Virus record (IMG/VR): IMGVR_UViG_3300042335_000796
Coordinates: 1 to 64,000 of that record
Source of the DNA: a virus
DNA length: 64,000 bases
Strand: one strand, 5' to 3'
The notes beneath the pieces are model-generated. The model was not told the origin of the DNA, ran no database searches, and saw only the letters and a list, made by a program, of their open reading frames with translations. Shown piece by piece: positions 60,896 through 64,000 of the stretch; positions within the stretch are counted from its first letter, which is position 1; each line of letters starts with the position of its first letter. The translations under genes were made by a program, and so were the position numbers.

Positions 60896-61473
60896 AAAAA
60901 AATATTAATTTAAAAAATTGTATAATTGGTTTATTATTATTAGTTATAATATTTTTGAAATTCTGCTCAAAACCTGAAGTAATTACAAATCCTAAAGTAA
61001 TTACTAATACGCAAATTGATACATTTTATAAAGATACTGGTAGTATAGTTTATAAAAAAGGTAAAAATCTTATTATTAAAGATAGTATAAGATTCGAAGT
61101 ACCAGTTGATGTTGACACAAATAAAATCTTAGAAGAGTTTTATACTCAATACATTTATAATGATACGTTAAATCTTGTAGATTCTTTAGGATATGTTACA
61201 GTTATTGATACAATATTTAAAAATAGAATATATTCCAGAAAATATGAAAGTAATATTCGACAAAAAATAATTAAAGAGGTTTTTTATGTTCAAGAACCTA
61301 TAGTTAATGAATATTATCTGGGGGCAAATATTGGTTTTAATTATTTAGGAACATCATTTATATTTAAGAATAAGAATAATAAAATGTATAGCCTTGGATT
61401 AGGAATAACACCAGATGTTAATAAAAAAATGTCAACTTTAATAGTTGGTGGTATTTATTATAAAATAAAATAA
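60892..61473 (+). CDS. Membrane-anchored protein with C-terminal amphipathic beta-strands (candidate spanin)
   Basis: N-terminal TM ending LKFCS; C-terminal YYLGANIG...YSLGLG...VGGIYYKIK. Confidence 0.5.
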   Translation: MKKNINLKNCIIGLLLLVIIFLKFCSKPEVITNPKVITNTQIDTFYKDTGSIVYKKGKNLIIKDSIRFEVPVDVDTNKILEEFYTQYIYNDTLNLVDSLGYVTVIDTIFKNRIYSRKYESNIRQKIIKEVFYVQEPIVNEYYLGANIGFNYLGTSFIFKNKNNKMYSLGLGITPDVNKKMSTLIVGGIYYKIK

Positions 61474-61475
61474 TT

Positions 61476-61721
61476 ATGGCTTTAACCGATAGCGATAAAA
61501 GAGAACTTGAGATTATGATGAGAAAAGAAATTAAAGATTTTTTTGGTCATAATACTATGAGACAATTTGAAGAAAAATTAATGGATAATATTGCTAAAGA
61601 AATAAAAAGAGGTAAGCTTGAAGACGATATAAAAGATATTGTTGTCAGAGTTTTTAGAGAGTTTTATAACTTTATGTGGACAAACCGAAGTTATTGGGAA
61701 TCAAGAATTAAAACAGCATAA
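61476..61721 (+). CDS. Hypothetical protein
   Basis: 81-aa helical ORF. Confidence 0.7.
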   Translation: MALTDSDKRELEIMMRKEIKDFFGHNTMRQFEEKLMDNIAKEIKRGKLEDDIKDIVVRVFREFYNFMWTNRSYWESRIKTA

Positions 61722-61723
61722 TT

Positions 61724-62344
61724 ATGGCAGACTTAGTTAATAATTTAAAAACTCAGCTTGGTAAAGAATTTAGCAATGCTGATGCGTTTTCAACCACTGA
61801 TGGTTCATCAACATATAATAATATAATTTCATCATTAGCTGAAGAAGATATTGAAGAAGAATGGTCTGAAAAGTATAAAAAGAGTATTAATTGTGATAAA
61901 CCTAAAGGTTTTAGTCAAAAAGCATATTGCACAGGTAAAAAGAAAAAAACTGAAAATACTGAAGCGACAGGTGCAGCATCAGCTGGAGGGTTTGAAGCAC
62001 CATTATTCTCAAATCCCAGTAAAGTTGAAACTAAAGAGGCTACAGGGTCAAGTTCATCAGGTTCATATGAAACACCTAAAATATGGGCTAAATCCCAAAA
62101 CAAAAATGATTGGAGAGGTAAATCTAAGCCACAAATTCCAGGGGGTAAATTTGTAACAATAAAAGAAAAATGTAAAACTTTTCCATATTGTAATCAGGGA
62201 GATATTAAAGCTTTAAAAATATATGAAAATGATATTTTAAAAAAGGTTATTACAAAAATTTCAAAGCAGAATAACATATCTGAAAATATAATTAAAGCGA
62301 TTATCCAATATACTCTTGAAAACAATAAATCAAAATTAATTTAA
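61724..62344 (+). CDS. Modular low-complexity protein, possible head-internal protein
   Basis: WSEKYKKSINCDKPKGFSQKAYC; two EATG.SS/AG..E.P repeats; CKTFPYC. Confidence 0.6.
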   Translation: MADLVNNLKTQLGKEFSNADAFSTTDGSSTYNNIISSLAEEDIEEEWSEKYKKSINCDKPKGFSQKAYCTGKKKKTENTEATGAASAGGFEAPLFSNPSKVETKEATGSSSSGSYETPKIWAKSQNKNDWRGKSKPQIPGGKFVTIKEKCKTFPYCNQGDIKALKIYENDILKKVITKISKQNNISENIIKAIIQYTLENNKSKLI

Positions 62345-62387
62345 ATTAATTAACTAATTTTATTAGTTAACAGATATTTATATAAAA

Positions 62388-63419
62388 ATGTATCGCATGA
62401 ATAAGCAAAATATAACTAACGAAATTAAAGATAGAATTTTAAACGAATCTATTAATAGTAGAATTGAAGAAATAACTGGAAAAATCATGTCAAAAATTAA
62501 CGAATTTGGAGGTAGTCCACAAATTTCAAATCAACCTACAGATATGACTGAAAAACTTCATGGAGGTCAAAAAAAGATTGATGTCGCAGCACCAAAAGGT
62601 AAAATTACAAAAGCTGATTTTGAAAAATTACGTAAATCTAAAAAAATGGAAACTGATGAAGGTAACGCTTTTACTGGTGAGTTAGCCAAAGCTAAAAAAG
62701 CTGGTAAAAGTTCTTTTATGTTTGATGGTAAAAAATATCCAGTTAAAGAATCTAAAAAAACTGAATATATTTTATCTGAAGATAAATTAATAGATTTAAT
62801 TGAGAGGGTTATTTTGGAACAAAATAAGGCAAAAGGTTTAGCAGCGACTGAGAAAGTATTGAGAGCGGATAAAAATATTAACTCAAAAGCTCTTAAAGAT
62901 GTTAATAAAAAAATGAAAGATTATTTAAAACCAATGACTAAAGGTTCATATGAAACTAATCCAGATTTTTACCCAAAAACTAACTCAGATTTTAATAAAA
63001 CTGAAAAGAAAGCATATAAAGCTTCTGACGCAGTTGAAGAATATATTGAAAACTTCGCATATGCACCAGGTATGGAAAATTTACAATATGACGAAATTGC
63101 ACCAAATGAAAAATGGTTAGAAAAGACTATTGAAGGGGACTCTACAACTGGTAATAATCCAAAATGGGCAAATGCTGTAGATACTGGTCTTGGTAAAAAA
63201 ATTAATGCGAAAAGAAAGAAAAATCTATATGGCCAAGAAAAAAATCGTTCATATAATAGAGTAAAACAACCTGTAGATGTTGCTGGTGAATCCAAGGGGT
63301 CGAAATCTTTAGATAAGATGTTTAAAAAATTAAATACCGAGTCTAAAGATGCTGTCAAGTTAAATGAAGAATTTAATAAGATTAGTAATTTAATTAATTA
63401 TGATACAAAAACTCAGTAA
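62388..63419 (+). CDS. Lys/Glu-rich modular protein, possible prohead core/internal protein
   Basis: ILNE, KLHGGQKKID..GKITKADF, LIERVILEQ, LNEEFNKISNLINY; upstream TATTTATA. Confidence 0.6.
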   Translation: MYRMNKQNITNEIKDRILNESINSRIEEITGKIMSKINEFGGSPQISNQPTDMTEKLHGGQKKIDVAAPKGKITKADFEKLRKSKKMETDEGNAFTGELAKAKKAGKSSFMFDGKKYPVKESKKTEYILSEDKLIDLIERVILEQNKAKGLAATEKVLRADKNINSKALKDVNKKMKDYLKPMTKGSYETNPDFYPKTNSDFNKTEKKAYKASDAVEEYIENFAYAPGMENLQYDEIAPNEKWLEKTIEGDSTTGNNPKWANAVDTGLGKKINAKRKKNLYGQEKNRSYNRVKQPVDVAGESKGSKSLDKMFKKLNTESKDAVKLNEEFNKISNLINYDTKTQ

Positions 63420-63432
63420 TTAATTATATATT

Positions 63433-63897
63433 GTGCAATTTATTTCAGAAGAAGATTTAAATACTTGGATATTATCTAATAATATAGTTATTGAAAAAAA
63501 TCAATTATTTTTTGATTTTTGTTTAACATTATTTAATTTTATTAAAACAACATACTTAGGTAATAAAGAAGTTGTTAATGAAACTTCAATAGTGTTAACT
63601 GAAAATGATAACTTTAAACATTTTGAATGGTGCTGGAGACAAACAATTGAATTATTTAAGTATGAAAATATTATTTTTAATTCTGATGGTAATCATTTGA
63701 ATTTTTTTTACAATATATTTAATAAACTTTACTATTTATCAGATAAAATTACAGAAAATAATATTGAATTATACTTCACCGATTTATTTAATTTAGAAAT
63801 ACCTTTTACTGAATATGAATTAAATAAATACATTGAGATTTATAAAGTATTAGATACAAATCTTAATATATGTAATATCTTGACTTTTACAAAATAA
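63433..63897 (+). CDS. Hypothetical protein
   Basis: 154-aa ORF with a GTG start; start position uncertain. Confidence 0.6.
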   Translation: MQFISEEDLNTWILSNNIVIEKNQLFFDFCLTLFNFIKTTYLGNKEVVNETSIVLTENDNFKHFEWCWRQTIELFKYENIIFNSDGNHLNFFYNIFNKLYYLSDKITENNIELYFTDLFNLEIPFTEYELNKYIEIYKVLDTNLNICNILTFTK

Positions 63898-63908
63898 TCA
63901 TTTATTAT
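63880..63908 (+). promoter_or_regulatory. Sigma70-like promoter for the next gene
   Basis: TTGACT-N17-TATTAT. Confidence 0.5.
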
Positions 63909-63940
63909 TTTAACGTAATAAACAAGATAAATTAAATATT

Positions 63941-64000
63941 ATGGGAGAAACAAAAACATTCGAAGTTATTAGTCAAAAATTTCAAGAATTAACTGAAAAT
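63941..64000 (+). CDS. Start of a CDS running off the window (MGETKTFEVISQKFQELTEN...)
   Basis: ATG at 63941, open to the window end, preceded by a promoter-like motif. Confidence 0.55.
   Translation, partial: MGETKTFEVISQKFQELTEN

Noticed and set aside
6872-63358. Short alternative-frame and antisense ORFs nested in long genes (e.g. 6872-7108, 7971-8204, 28580-28855, 57001-57354, 61851-62156, 62969-63358)
   Set aside because: Fully overlap well-supported genes and show no recognisable motifs
1-64000. tRNA, rRNA or other structured RNA genes
   Set aside because: Intergenic gaps are short and AT-rich, and no cloverleaf or T-loop signature was seen
1-64000. Active stop-codon reassignment in this window
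   Set aside because: Genes up to 6.3 kb are uninterrupted under the standard bacterial code, and coding density is already near complete

Overview
A 64-kb, very AT-rich segment (roughly a quarter G+C by eye) of a jumbo/large myophage genome. All credible genes lie on the + strand and are densely packed. Structural blocks (tail tube, tail chaperone, tape measure, giant baseplate hub and wedge proteins, SprB-repeat fibres) alternate with T4-like replication/recombination blocks (gp32 SSB, UvsX, FEN/RNase H, DnaB/gp41 helicase, class Ia RNR, RuvC-like resolvase, primase, exonuclease, Mre11/Rad50). These are followed by an RpoD-like sigma factor, a probable lysis region and probable head-internal proteins. 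Several features point to a Bacteroidota host: the sigma signature SYAVWWIxQSI, TTG-N20-TAnnTTTG-type promoters, SprB repeats and A-rich non-Shine-Dalgarno starts. The most striking feature is at 1-2443, a tandem array of at least five paralogous LRR-like genes. They share constant N- and C-caps and carry 3-6 shuffled 20/21-aa modules whose variation concentrates on the predicted binding strand. Their N-terminal (I/L)RKLLKEQ leader resembles motifs in putative capsid-internal proteins, suggesting a recombination-diversified, VLR-like repertoire of packaged binders. Other notable items: an uncalled ORF probably reached by a +1 frameshift at UUU-UUU-CGU, a 95-bp pure A/T tract bracketed by direct repeats, an OmpA-like domain inside a tube-initiator protein, a shifted Mre11/Rad50 domain boundary, and no TAG stop codons. 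All calls come from motif recognition by eye; no database searches were run.
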